A stretch of 64,000 bases of DNA from Candidatus Sumerlaeaceae bacterium (lineage in GTDB: Bacteria > Sumerlaeota > Sumerlaeia > Sumerlaeales > Sumerlaeaceae): contig JBPCLP010000001.1 of the NCBI GenBank assembly GCA_051003195.1, positions 39,838-103,837 on the forward strand, given 5' to 3'. Made by a program: the position numbers and the translations under genes. Numbering within the stretch: position 1 is the first letter of the stretch; every line of letters begins with the position of its first letter. Below are positions 51,660-61,189 of this stretch, piece after piece. The notes under the pieces were generated by a model. The model searched no databases. It was given only the letters and a program-made list of their open reading frames with translations, and was not told where the DNA came from.

Positions 51660-54335
51660 TTGTCCCTCCCAACTTTTTTCCGTTCTGCAGTTCTTGCGCT
51701 TGGATGCGTGTTTTTGCCCGCAATTGCCGCGGCCACCCCGTGGACTGCTGTGGCCCCGCTGAACCCGAATTTCGCGACAGAGAGCCGGGACGACGAGGAT
51801 GTTTCTATTGCGACCGATGGAAACAACAACTGGGTGACTCACTGGACCAGCAACCCGACGCCGGGCCTGGAGTACGATAACTATTCCGCGCGTTCCACGA
51901 ACAACGGCGTGACATGGACGGGTCCGGTAATCGTGAACAGCGACAACGGGATCGATATTGGCCAGGACATCACGCCGCAGCTGGCGACCGACCGCCAGGG
52001 TACCTGGATGGCTGTATGGATGAAGAACGTGGGACCGGGCACTGGAGCGGACTCGGACACGTTTTACGCACGTTCGTTTAACAATGGTACAACATGGACA
52101 GCAATGGCGCCGCTGGCGTCGCACGCGACAACCGACACACTGTACGAGTCCTTCCCGCATGTGGCAACGGACAGGCAGGGCAACTGGGTGGCAGTGTGGC
52201 ACGCGCAGGACGTGAATGGCCCGAGCACCGGGATGTTTTTGATGAGCGCGCGTTCTTCGAACAATGGTACCACTTGGTCGGCGGCACAGCTGGTAACGGC
52301 TAATGCGCTATCCACCGCGCCGCTGGAGACAATACCTTACGTGGCGACGGACGCCAAGGGCAACTGGGTGGCGGTGGCAAACGCAGCTTCGCTGACGACC
52401 GCGACCACCGGGTTCGACAAGGAGATTATCGCCTTCCGCTCGACGAACAACGGCGCCACGTGGAGCGCGCCGATTGTGGTGAACTCCAATGCCGCACTGG
52501 ACACGGGCAGCGACGAATACCCGCACATATCGTCAGACGGACGCTCTACGTTTCTTGCAACGTGGACGACGGGATCGGGCTTCAGTGCCGGGGAAGCCGA
52601 TATTGCCTCTTCGCGGTCGACCGACGGCGGACTGAGCTGGAGCCCCATGGTTGCCGTGAACAATGACGCGACTACCGATACCCGGGCGGAAAACGAGCCG
52701 TACAGCGTTTCTGACGGGCATGGCAGCTGGCTCACGGCATGGCGCAGGGTCATCGGCGACAGCGATATCTTCTATTCGGAATCGCGCGACAACGGCAGGA
52801 CGTGGACGAACACCGCCGCCCTGAACAGCAATGCCGCGACGGATTCCGGGGTAGACGCTCGTGTGACAATGGACTCCGACCTGCGGGGAAAGTGGATCGC
52901 CACGTGGCACTCTAACAATGTACTGGCGGGCGGCGCCGGCCCGGACGTCGAGGTGCTCTATTCCAGCACGACGTTTGTGAACCCGGAGCTTCAGGTTTCC
53001 CCCGGCGCGCTGAGCTTCGGTACGCTTCATAAAGATTCGGGCGCAACGGGTACGCTGTCCGTTGTGCTGACCAACACGGGCCTTGCGAACCTGCTATTTA
53101 CGGGCGCGGGGCTTGCGATCAGCGGCACGAACGCCGGCGACTTCAGCCTGGTCTCGCCGGTTACGACGCCTATTGCGGCGGGGACCAGCCGCACGGTGCA
53201 GGTATCGTTCGACCCGACGGCGGGCGGTGCACGTGTCGCGAACCTTGTGATCACTACGAATGATGGAGCGCAGCCGACGGCGGTCGTGACGCTTTCGGGT
53301 GTCGGGACGGATCCGACTGCCACGACGCTGCAGAGCTCGGTCAACTTCGGCCAGCAGCTGGTGACGGGCGGAGCGACAAGCCCGCAGACCGTCACGATCC
53401 AGAACACGGGCACCTTTGGCGACCTGGTCTTTACCGGCGCCCAGCTTGCGATTACCGGCACGAACGCCGCGGATTTCAGCATCGTCACGTCGAACACCGC
53501 GCCCATCGCCCCGGGCGGCACGCGCCCCGTACAGATAACGTTCGATCCGAGTGCTCCAGGCAATCGGTCCGCCAACCTGGTCATCACCACGAATGACGCG
53601 GCGACGTCCACGGTGGTCGTGGCGCTGTCGGGCGTGGGAACAAATCCGACGGCTAGTGTCGTGCCGGGTTCGCTCAACTTTGGTCTGCGGCATATCAGCA
53701 CGGGACCCTCTGCCCCACAGAATGTGACCATCAGCAACGTTGGTACATTTGGCGACCTGGTTTTCACTGCCGGGATCAGCGGCAGCAACGCGGCGGACTT
53801 CATCATGGGGTCGCTGTCCACCACACCGCTCGCGCCGGGAACCAGCCGAACGGTGCAGGTTACGTTCGACCCGTCTGCGGTGGGAGCGCGCGCTGCAAAT
53901 TTCGTGGTTACGTCTAACGATGGGGCACAGCCGACAGTCACCGTACCCCTGTCAGGCACCGGCACGGACCAGACCGCGACCATCGTGGAGGATATCGTGT
54001 ATTTTGGCCAGCACATGCTTGCCGATGGCGCGTCGGCTGCGAAGACTGTGACCGTGCGCAATGACGGGACCGTGGGCAACCTGAACTTTAGCGGGCTGAC
54101 GATTACGGGCGCAAACGCGTCGGAGTTCCTGGTTTCTGGCACGCCATCACTGGCGCCCCTGGCGCCGGGCGCTACGCGCACCTTTGACGTGGTGTTTGAC
54201 CCCGCTGCCAACGGCTTGCGCGAAGCGTATCTGAATGTCGCAACCGACGATCCGGGCTCGCCCGACTCGGTACGCCTGGTTGGTGTGGGAATTTCCGGCC
54301 CGACGGCGGCGCAGAACTGGCAGTTGCTGGAGTAA
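51660..54335 (+). CDS. Secreted BNR/Asp-box (sialidase-like) propeller with four Ig-like (choice-of-anchor D) domains
   Basis: Six S-x-N/D-x-G-x-T/S-W boxes; four FG...N.G...FDP...TND domains; ends AAQNWQLLE. Confidence 0.88.
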   Translation: MSLPTFFRSAVLALGCVFLPAIAAATPWTAVAPLNPNFATESRDDEDVSIATDGNNNWVTHWTSNPTPGLEYDNYSARSTNNGVTWTGPVIVNSDNGIDIGQDITPQLATDRQGTWMAVWMKNVGPGTGADSDTFYARSFNNGTTWTAMAPLASHATTDTLYESFPHVATDRQGNWVAVWHAQDVNGPSTGMFLMSARSSNNGTTWSAAQLVTANALSTAPLETIPYVATDAKGNWVAVANAASLTTATTGFDKEIIAFRSTNNGATWSAPIVVNSNAALDTGSDEYPHISSDGRSTFLATWTTGSGFSAGEADIASSRSTDGGLSWSPMVAVNNDATTDTRAENEPYSVSDGHGSWLTAWRRVIGDSDIFYSESRDNGRTWTNTAALNSNAATDSGVDARVTMDSDLRGKWIATWHSNNVLAGGAGPDVEVLYSSTTFVNPELQVSPGALSFGTLHKDSGATGTLSVVLTNTGLANLLFTGAGLAISGTNAGDFSLVSPVTTPIAAGTSRTVQVSFDPTAGGARVANLVITTNDGAQPTAVVTLSGVGTDPTATTLQSSVNFGQQLVTGGATSPQTVTIQNTGTFGDLVFTGAQLAITGTNAADFSIVTSNTAPIAPGGTRPVQITFDPSAPGNRSANLVITTNDAATSTVVVALSGVGTNPTASVVPGSLNFGLRHISTGPSAPQNVTISNVGTFGDLVFTAGISGSNAADFIMGSLSTTPLAPGTSRTVQVTFDPSAVGARAANFVVTSNDGAQPTVTVPLSGTGTDQTATIVEDIVYFGQHMLADGASAAKTVTVRNDGTVGNLNFSGLTITGANASEFLVSGTPSLAPLAPGATRTFDVVFDPAANGLREAYLNVATDDPGSPDSVRLVGVGISGPTAAQNWQLLE

Positions 54336-54465
54336 CGGAACGCCGAGCCCCTTCCGCTCACACCCTTCCGGCATGCCCAGTGCGTTGTAGATGAACGCGA
54401 AGAACAAAGGGAACGGCGCAGCGAGAGTGCCTGCGCCGTTCCAAGGATAAACGTGGCGAGACTCG

Positions 54466-54909
54466 TTAGTACCTGCCGCTGAAGCTTCCCGAAGTCCCGT
54501 AGCCAGCTCCCCCCATCGAGCCACTGCCCGAGAAGGACGCGCTGCCTCCGTAGCCTCCACCATAGCTCAAATTGGTGGAACCATAGCCCGTATTGGAACC
54601 ATAGCCCGTATTGGTGGAACCATAGCCCGTATTGGTGGAACCATAGCCCGTATTGGAACCATAGCTCATATTGGTGGAACCATAGCCCGTATTGGAACCA
54701 TAGCTCGTGCCGGAATTATAATAGCCTGCCTGGCCACCCGAGTAGCCATAGCTCCCGGTGTAATAGCCCCCTGCACCGTGTCCTGAGCTGCAAGGCGAGG
54801 CGCATACTGGTTGCGGCGCACACGCCTGTGGGCAGCAGTCATTTCCACCCATTCCACCGCCAAACAGTCCAGCTAACAGCAAACCGCCTACTACGAGTTC
54901 AGCACTCAT
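54466..54909 (-). CDS. Small Gly/Tyr/Ser-repeat protein with Cys-rich N-region
   Basis: GGAGG RBS; hydrophobic N-terminus, CCPQAC...C...C, tandem TGYGS(T)N from 18/21-bp DNA repeats at about 54571-54706. Confidence 0.7.
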   Translation of the reverse strand: MSAELVVGGLLLAGLFGGGMGGNDCCPQACAPQPVCASPCSSGHGAGGYYTGSYGYSGGQAGYYNSGTSYGSNTGYGSTNMSYGSNTGYGSTNTGYGSTNTGYGSNTGYGSTNLSYGGGYGGSASFSGSGSMGGAGYGTSGSFSGRY

Positions 54910-54987
54910 GCTGAAGCACCTCCGTTAATTAATGAACGACAAATTTAATGGGTGCACAGGTGCGTGCGGTATTCTCCTTTTTTGTAC

Positions 54988-55087
54988 CTAGGGTGGTCTA
55001 CCGTTAATTCGTAACCGGTTCTATGTGTCGAATCGAGCTCAAGTCTGCCCTTTGATCTGGTAAGGAACTACTGATTCGGCACACTAG
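54988..55087. mobile_element. ~100-bp MITE bounded by CTAG (copy 2)
   Basis: CTAG-GGTGGTCTACCGTTAATTCGT...TGTGTCGAATC...CTGATTCGGCACACTAG; homologous to 24969-25070. Confidence 0.7.
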
Positions 55088-55334
55088 AGAACTGGGCAAC
55101 GGCACGGTTAACCTGTTAGTCTGGGTAATAATTTCAGCAGAGCGGCTGTCACGTGGTTCAGTGGCGCATCATGCGAAACGCGTGCCGAGGCAATCAATGG
55201 AGGGTAGTTCGTGGGAGGGTAGTTTGTGCCATTCTACCAGAAAGTTTGTGTAGCTTCCAGCACTGAGCAGCTAACTGATTTACTGGCAAGGCTGCTCACA
55301 CGCACTGCTCATCGCGTCGTGCGAAATAGCAGCA

Positions 55335-57902
55335 TTACAGCTTCAGGTTGCGCAGCCGTAGCGCGTTTGCAATCACCGATACCGAACTGAGGCTCATCGC
55401 CGCACCGGCGAGCATTGGGCTGAGCAGTACACCGACGAACGGGTAGAGGACGCCCGCAGCGATCGGGATGCCCAGTGCGTTGTAGATGAACGCGAAGAAC
55501 AGGTTCTGCCGGATGTTGCGCATCATCGAGCGACTGAGGATGATCGCTTTTGCAATACCCCGCAGATCACCCTTCACAAGCGTGATACCAGCGCTTTCCA
55601 TTGCCACGTCCGTACCGGTGCCCATTGCGATTCCCACGTGCGCGGCAGCAAGTGCTGGAGCATCGTTGATGCCGTCGCCCGCCATTGCCACAACCGCACC
55701 CTCCCCACGCAACTGCTGGACGCGCTCGTGCTTGTGCTGCGGCTCAACGCCGGCTTCCACGTGGTCGAGGCCCAGCTTCTTTGCGACGGCCTGTGCAGTT
55801 CGTTCGTTGTCGCCGGTGAGCATCATGATCTTGAGCCCAAGATCGTGCAGTGAGCGGATTGCCTCTGGTGTGGAATCTTTCACGGGATCGGTAACAGACA
55901 CCATCCCGGCCGCGGCTCCGTTGATGGAAACAAACATAACGGTGTGACCTTCGGACTGGAGTTGTGTCGCCTGCTGTTCAAGTGACTCCAGACCCATCAC
56001 CCCTTTGGTTCGAAGCAACTCCAGTTTCCCGATTAGAACCGTGCTGTTGCCGATCTGGCCCGAGACACCACCGCCCGTGATGGACGAGAAGTCGGTTGCC
56101 TGCTGTGTTGGAACTCCACGTTCCCTGGCGCCCGCGACGATTGCCGAGGCAAGCGGATGCTCGCTGTTCTGTTCAACCGCGGCGGTGATCGAGAGCAGTT
56201 CGTCTTCGCTTAGCGGACTAACTGGCACCACGTTCGTCAGCCGGGGTTTGCCTTCAGTAAGCGTTCCGGTTTTGTCGACAATCAGTGTCGTAACCTTTTC
56301 CATCGTCTCAATGGCTTCGGCGTTCCTGATGAGAACCCCGGCTTGCGCTCCACGCCCGACACCCACCATGACAGATATGGGTGTGGCTAACCCAAGCGCG
56401 CACGGGCAGGCGATAATCAGCACCGCTACGGCGTTGGCGATTGCATATGCCAGGCGTGGTTGAGGGCCCAACAACATCCATGCGAGAAAGGTGAGCGCGG
56501 CGATCCCGATGACGGCGGGCACGAAGTACCCCGCCACCTTGTCGGCCAAGCCCTGGATCGGGGCACGACTGCGCTGGGCCTGCCCGACCATGGTAACAAT
56601 CTGCGCAAGCAGTGTGTCGCTTCCAATGCGAGTCGCTTTCATCAGGAAACTTCCCGTGCCGTTCACCGTGCCACCCGTCACCTTATCGCCGGTTGCTTTT
56701 GCGACCGGCATCGGCTCCCCCGTAATCATGGACTCGTCTACGGAGCTGCGCCCCTCCACCACTTCACCGTCGACCGGGACTTTGTCTCCGGGGCGCACAC
56801 GAAGTTGATCACCGAGCTGGATGCTATCCAGCGACACTTCATGTTCTTCGCCATTACGGATTACGCGAGCGGTTCGCGGCGCCAGATTCAGCAATGCGCG
56901 TATTGCGCTGCCGGTCTGCTTGCGTGCGCGCAGTTCCAGCACCTGTCCGAGTAGAACGAGTACTACGATGACAGCCGCGGCTTCGAAGTAGATATCTACC
57001 TTACCATGACGTGCAAACGACCGCGGAAACAACCCGGGTGCCAGCATAGCCACGGCGCTGAAAACGTACGCCGCCCCGACTCCCATTCCGATGAGCGTAA
57101 ACATGTTCAGATGCCCGGAAAGCAGAGAGCGCCACGCCCGGTGGAAGAACGGCCAGCCTGCCCATAATACCACAGGCGTCGATAGAATGAATTGAGCCCA
57201 GCGTGAGAAGTCACCCGCGGCCCACGAAGAATGTTCCCATGCAGGAACCAGGTGCGCCATGGCCAGCAGGAACACAGGAAGCGCCAGCGCGCCGCCGATC
57301 CAAAGCCGGCGTGTCATGCTGCGTAGTTCGCCGTCGTCCTCCTCAACCTCGGCAGTGACCGTTTTTGGTTCCAGCGCCATTCCGCAGATGGGGCAATCAC
57401 CTGGATGATCCTGCTCGATCCCGGGGTGCATGGGGCAGGTGTAGATGGTTTTGGCTTCTGGCTTATAGGCGGGGTTGCGTTCCAGCGCCATTCCGCACTT
57501 GGGGCAATCTGCCTGGCGATCCGACTCAACGCCGGGGCACATCGGGCAGAAGTACTTCGCCTGCGCCGGTGCAGCCACCTTCTCTTGCGTGAGACCAGAA
57601 TGGCAGCAGTGCGAGGCTGCGGTTGGCTTTGGCGCCGCAGCAGCGGCTGAGCCGCGTGCGTTCTCGATCGTTGCCTCAGGTGCGAGGTAAAGTTCCGGAT
57701 TCGCGTCGAACTTCGCTTTGCAACCAGTCGAACAAAAGTAGTATGCGCTTCCGTTTAGCTCGCTCTGCCCTGCAGCCTTCCCCGGCTTCACCGTCATTCC
57801 ACAAACGGGATCCATAGCGGTGGCCTCATCCTGGCTGATTGTTTGATGGCTGTGGTCCACGTGTAACTCCATTCCCGACGCCCTGGAAGGCGGCTTGTTC
57901 AT
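55335..57902 (-). CDS. copA: Cu(I)/Ag(I) P1B-type ATPase with YHS and two heavy-metal-binding domains
   Basis: DPVCGM...[44 protein letters not shown]...MSLSS. Confidence 0.93.
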   Translation of the reverse strand: MNKPPSRASGMELHVDHSHQTISQDEATAMDPVCGMTVKPGKAAGQSELNGSAYYFCSTGCKAKFDANPELYLAPEATIENARGSAAAAAPKPTAASHCCHSGLTQEKVAAPAQAKYFCPMCPGVESDRQADCPKCGMALERNPAYKPEAKTIYTCPMHPGIEQDHPGDCPICGMALEPKTVTAEVEEDDGELRSMTRRLWIGGALALPVFLLAMAHLVPAWEHSSWAAGDFSRWAQFILSTPVVLWAGWPFFHRAWRSLLSGHLNMFTLIGMGVGAAYVFSAVAMLAPGLFPRSFARHGKVDIYFEAAAVIVVLVLLGQVLELRARKQTGSAIRALLNLAPRTARVIRNGEEHEVSLDSIQLGDQLRVRPGDKVPVDGEVVEGRSSVDESMITGEPMPVAKATGDKVTGGTVNGTGSFLMKATRIGSDTLLAQIVTMVGQAQRSRAPIQGLADKVAGYFVPAVIGIAALTFLAWMLLGPQPRLAYAIANAVAVLIIACPCALGLATPISVMVGVGRGAQAGVLIRNAEAIETMEKVTTLIVDKTGTLTEGKPRLTNVVPVSPLSEDELLSITAAVEQNSEHPLASAIVAGARERGVPTQQATDFSSITGGGVSGQIGNSTVLIGKLELLRTKGVMGLESLEQQATQLQSEGHTVMFVSINGAAAGMVSVTDPVKDSTPEAIRSLHDLGLKIMMLTGDNERTAQAVAKKLGLDHVEAGVEPQHKHERVQQLRGEGAVVAMAGDGINDAPALAAAHVGIAMGTGTDVAMESAGITLVKGDLRGIAKAIILSRSMMRNIRQNLFFAFIYNALGIPIAAGVLYPFVGVLLSPMLAGAAMSLSSVSVIANALRLRNLKL

Positions 57903-57967
57903 TTGCACATGTATTCGCCTGTAACCGGAGCCCTTCTGATTTAGCACGGCAAGGGGGTCCTGCAGGC

Positions 57968-58563
57968 TTTCAAGTTTTTCAAGTTTTTCAAGTTGGTTTT
58001 CAAGTTGGGGTGTAGAGGCTTGAAAGGATTGCAGATAAATCAAGTTGGCGAAAATGGGGTAATTTCGCCACTTGAAAAACGGTAATCCTCGCGTAAGAAT
58101 TCGCCGGGGCCGTGGATTTCCCGCTTCCTTGCGCGATGGGGGCTTTTCCCGCCAGGCGCATGGACGTAAAATGCCAAGGCGGATTGGGCGCAGAAGTCCC
58201 TTGCGGTCGATCGCGGCGTTCGGGCTGCATAGTTTTCAAAGAACACGTTCAGCTTGCTACGGGGGCACGTTTACACCAGTTTAGTGGGGCCTGTCACTTC
58301 CCTGGCGTCACCTTAGGGTGCGCTAAGTCCAATGAAGTCGAAAGAGATTTTTTGCGCGAACGTGCGCCGGTGGGTCGGGCAACTCCGGATGAGGGTCCTT
58401 GCTCGACGTGCCATGCTGAGAGGCCTTCAGTAAGAAAGTTTGATCGTCAAGCGTGCGACGGCGACGCGCTCCCAAATCCCGGCCACTTAACCCTTCGACG
58501 TAACTGATCTGGTCGCGAAGTATTTGCTGACGCTAGCAAATTAATTAGTGAAAACGTCAACCG
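57968..58563 (-). repeat. Structured non-coding repeat element, copy B (full)
   Basis: Colinear with 30331-30912. Confidence 0.9.
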
Positions 58564-58669
58564 TCCACGTTATTCCCTGTTTCAAAAATGCGGACAGTGC
58601 ACGAGCGGCGTCTCTGCGCCTTTGCGTTGAAACAGAAGTCTCCGCGTTGCGCGGACTGATTCCTGTGTT

Positions 58670-60439
58670 CTACTCCAACAGATACCAGTCGCTTGCCGCG
58701 GTGGTTGCGGCGGGCACGTCCAGGAACCACAGGCGATCGAAGCTGCGGTCGATGACCATCACCCGCTGCTTGCCCGATACTTCTGCGCCCGGCACAATCC
58801 AGCTGCTGCTTGACGAGCTGTAGACGCCCATTTCCAGCGGTGTGGAACTCGTCATGGTACCGTCGGATGCGCGGATTACGTGCACCTGGTTCGCACCACT
58901 ATAGCCGGAGACAATCCCCACGATCATACCTGGCCGATCCCGGATATAGGCCGCACGTTCCAGGTTGGGGTACGGCACATCAATGATGTCCTGAAGGGTG
59001 ACAGAATCCATGATACGAAGGCGGTGCGTCGGGGCATTGTCCACGAACATAAACTGATCTGCATGGGGGGACATCTCCACGTGGCGCACTTCACTAGAAG
59101 GAACTTCACGATAGCGCGTCTGCGACAGAGTGGCGTCGTATGCGTAAACATCGGGGTAGTAAGAGCCGTCTGTAACCACTGCGCGGTGGCGCTCAGGTGA
59201 TGTGGACAGGAGGTGCGGCGTGCTGACGCCAATAAAAATCTGCCCGGAACCAATGGTGGTTTTCTCCAGCAGGTTCGTGCTGATACGGTAGCGGAGCGGA
59301 TTCCCGAAACCGGATCCGAGCCCGACAAGCACAAGGTCGTTGTCCATGAACTCCGCGAAGCGCGGCCCGTTGCCATTGGCGATTACAGCCGTGGTTGTCG
59401 TCTGCAAAACGCTTGAAGTATTCACGTCGATCACGGCCACCGTATCGCTGGCCTCCAATGCGGCGATAATTCTGTTTCCGTCCGGCGAAACAGAGATGCT
59501 GTTCGGGGTGCCGGGGAGTGGAATATTGCCAATGATCGATGCCGTGGCGGGATTGATAACTTCGATGCGCGAGTTGGTAAAGTTGGCCACGTAATACCGA
59601 TTGCGTATGGGGTCGTATTCGAAATCGATTGGGTTACCGGTCATCGTAAGCGCTACAGGGACGTTCTGGTTCCATGAGAGCTTGATGTTTCCGGAGGCTG
59701 CCGAATAGCCGTCCACCGCGATGTGGTAGGTGGTGCCGGCGACCGCGCTAAACTGGAGCTTGCTGGTGCTGAACCCGCCGCTCTGGTCGTCGGAAGCTAT
59801 AAGTGTGAGCGCGGAGACGCTGGAGCCGGTGTAGACCGCCAGCAGCGTGTCAAAGTTACTGGTCTTCGTGTCGAACTCGACGACTTTTGTTATGGGTGCA
59901 ACCCAGCGCCACCACACGCTTTTCCCGCCGGGGTAGCCGGCATGGTTTGGTTCGCCCGTTTCCTTAGTGCCATTGGTATTGGAGCCCGTGACAGAGCCGC
60001 TTTCGCCCATAATAAGGATGGAATTTGCAAAGTTATCGTTAGCGGGCGGAGTGAGCACGGCGGTCTGCACGTCAATGGAAGTATTGACGGGATCGTCGGC
60101 GTAACCCTGTGCGCTGGCGGAAATTGTGAGCTGTTCGCCAGATGCGGCGTCAAATGGAACGCGGTAGCTGCCCGTGCGTGTCGCGGAATTGGTGGGTGGC
60201 GAGGGATTGAACGAGTACACATCGTTGAAACCGTCCGCGTCGCGTTCTCCCGAGATGGTTATCTGGCTGATACCCGCTACAGCCCCTGACACGGTGACGC
60301 TTACAGACAGGGTCTGCCCTGGAGTTACAATCGTGCCGTTTGCCGGAGTGTTGATGGTGATCGTCATTGCGTCAGGCGATAAATGGACGAGCAGCATTGC
60401 GGCTCCGAGGACAGCACGATATAAAGTCTTATGGTTCAC
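58670..60439 (-). CDS. Secreted protein: Ig-like domain, PPC-like domain, YVTN-type beta-propeller
   Basis: Signal peptide, PANDNFANS...GEPNHAG...SVWWRW...FDTLLAVYTG, YVANFTNSRIEVI; ends AASDWYLLE. Confidence 0.85.
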   Translation of the reverse strand: MNHKTLYRAVLGAAMLLVHLSPDAMTITINTPANGTIVTPGQTLSVSVTVSGAVAGISQITISGERDADGFNDVYSFNPSPPTNSATRTGSYRVPFDAASGEQLTISASAQGYADDPVNTSIDVQTAVLTPPANDNFANSILIMGESGSVTGSNTNGTKETGEPNHAGYPGGKSVWWRWVAPITKVVEFDTKTSNFDTLLAVYTGSSVSALTLIASDDQSGGFSTSKLQFSAVAGTTYHIAVDGYSAASGNIKLSWNQNVPVALTMTGNPIDFEYDPIRNRYYVANFTNSRIEVINPATASIIGNIPLPGTPNSISVSPDGNRIIAALEASDTVAVIDVNTSSVLQTTTTAVIANGNGPRFAEFMDNDLVLVGLGSGFGNPLRYRISTNLLEKTTIGSGQIFIGVSTPHLLSTSPERHRAVVTDGSYYPDVYAYDATLSQTRYREVPSSEVRHVEMSPHADQFMFVDNAPTHRLRIMDSVTLQDIIDVPYPNLERAAYIRDRPGMIVGIVSGYSGANQVHVIRASDGTMTSSTPLEMGVYSSSSSSWIVPGAEVSGKQRVMVIDRSFDRLWFLDVPAATTAASDWYLLE

Positions 60440-60560
60440 TGGGGTCTCCTTTGGGATCAGCTAGTTTAGCTCAGTGGGCGGTCTATTAGCTAAGACAGCG
60501 CAAAATAACTATGCTACAGTGGAAGGGGGTGTTGGCAAGCAAAACATGCAGAGCTCGGTT

Positions 60561-60944
60561 GGAAAATTGGGGAAAATTGGGTGACGTGTAATTTTTCTTT
60601 TTGCATTTGAGCACGTTGAACGCTAGCGAATTGCCTCATGCCGCGATTTGCAAGAGTTGTTGTGACGGGTGAGCCCTATCACATCACGCATCGGGGCAAT
60701 CATCGCGCGCAGGTGTTCTTTGAGCCCGAGGATCGCGAAGTGTACCTGGCGATGCTAGTGGCATGCCAGCGGTTTGAGCTGGATGCATGGTCGTACTGCC
60801 TGATGACGAATCACGTGCACCTGCTGGCGATGCCGCGCAGCGAAGTGTCGATGGCGGCGGGGGTCGGTCGCAAATGAAAAATTACACGTCCCCAATTTTC
60901 CAATGAAAAATTACACGTCCCCAATTTTCCGTCCCCAATTTTCC
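60561..60944. repeat. REP-like inverted repeats flanking the Y1 transposase, with tandem stutters
   Basis: Left GGAAAATTGG-GGAAAATTGGGTGACGTGTAATTTTTC (60561-60597); right AATGAAAAATTACACGTCCCCAATTTTCC twice plus partial GTCCCCAATTTTCC (60873-60944). Confidence 0.88.
60638..60877 (+). pseudogene. Truncated REP-associated tyrosine transposase (Y1_Tnp/RAYT, HUH superfamily)
   Basis: MPRFAR...YHITHRGN...F...DR, YCLMTNHVHLL (HUH); ends at 79 aa, before the catalytic Tyr region. Confidence 0.9.
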
Positions 60945-61154
60945 CAGGTGGGCTAAGTCCAATGAAGTCGAAAGAGATTTTTTGCGCGAACGTGCGCCGG
61001 TGCGTGCCGGCAACTCCGGATGAGGGCCCTTGCTCGGCTGATGAAACAGTTTGATCGTCGAGCGTCGCAGGGTGGACGCTCTCCCACCGCCCCCGTAGTT
61101 AATCCTGAGGTGAATTATCGATGCTAGCCGATTAATTAGTAACAACGTCAACCG
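60945..61154 (-). repeat. Structured non-coding repeat element, copy C (left-truncated)
   Basis: Matches the right ~240 nt of copies A/B; starts at the RAYT right-hand repeats. Confidence 0.88.
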
Positions 61155-61189
61155 TTTCCCGTTATGTCGTTCAATCAAATCGGGTTCGG

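Noticed and set aside
53027..54361. Long antisense ORFs (for example 53027-54361, 2994-3818, 4921-5898, 8652-9551, 29453-30283)
   Set aside because: Shadow or alternate frames of well-supported genes in GC-rich DNA
57903..58043. N-terminal 47 aa of the 902-aa copA ORF
   Set aside because: Derived from the non-coding repeat stutter; the real start is more likely 57902 or 57872
58040..58507. ORFs within the repeat element (58112-58507, 58040-58246, 30637-30909, 60882-61178)
   Set aside because: Frames are not conserved between copies because of indels; no recognisable protein features
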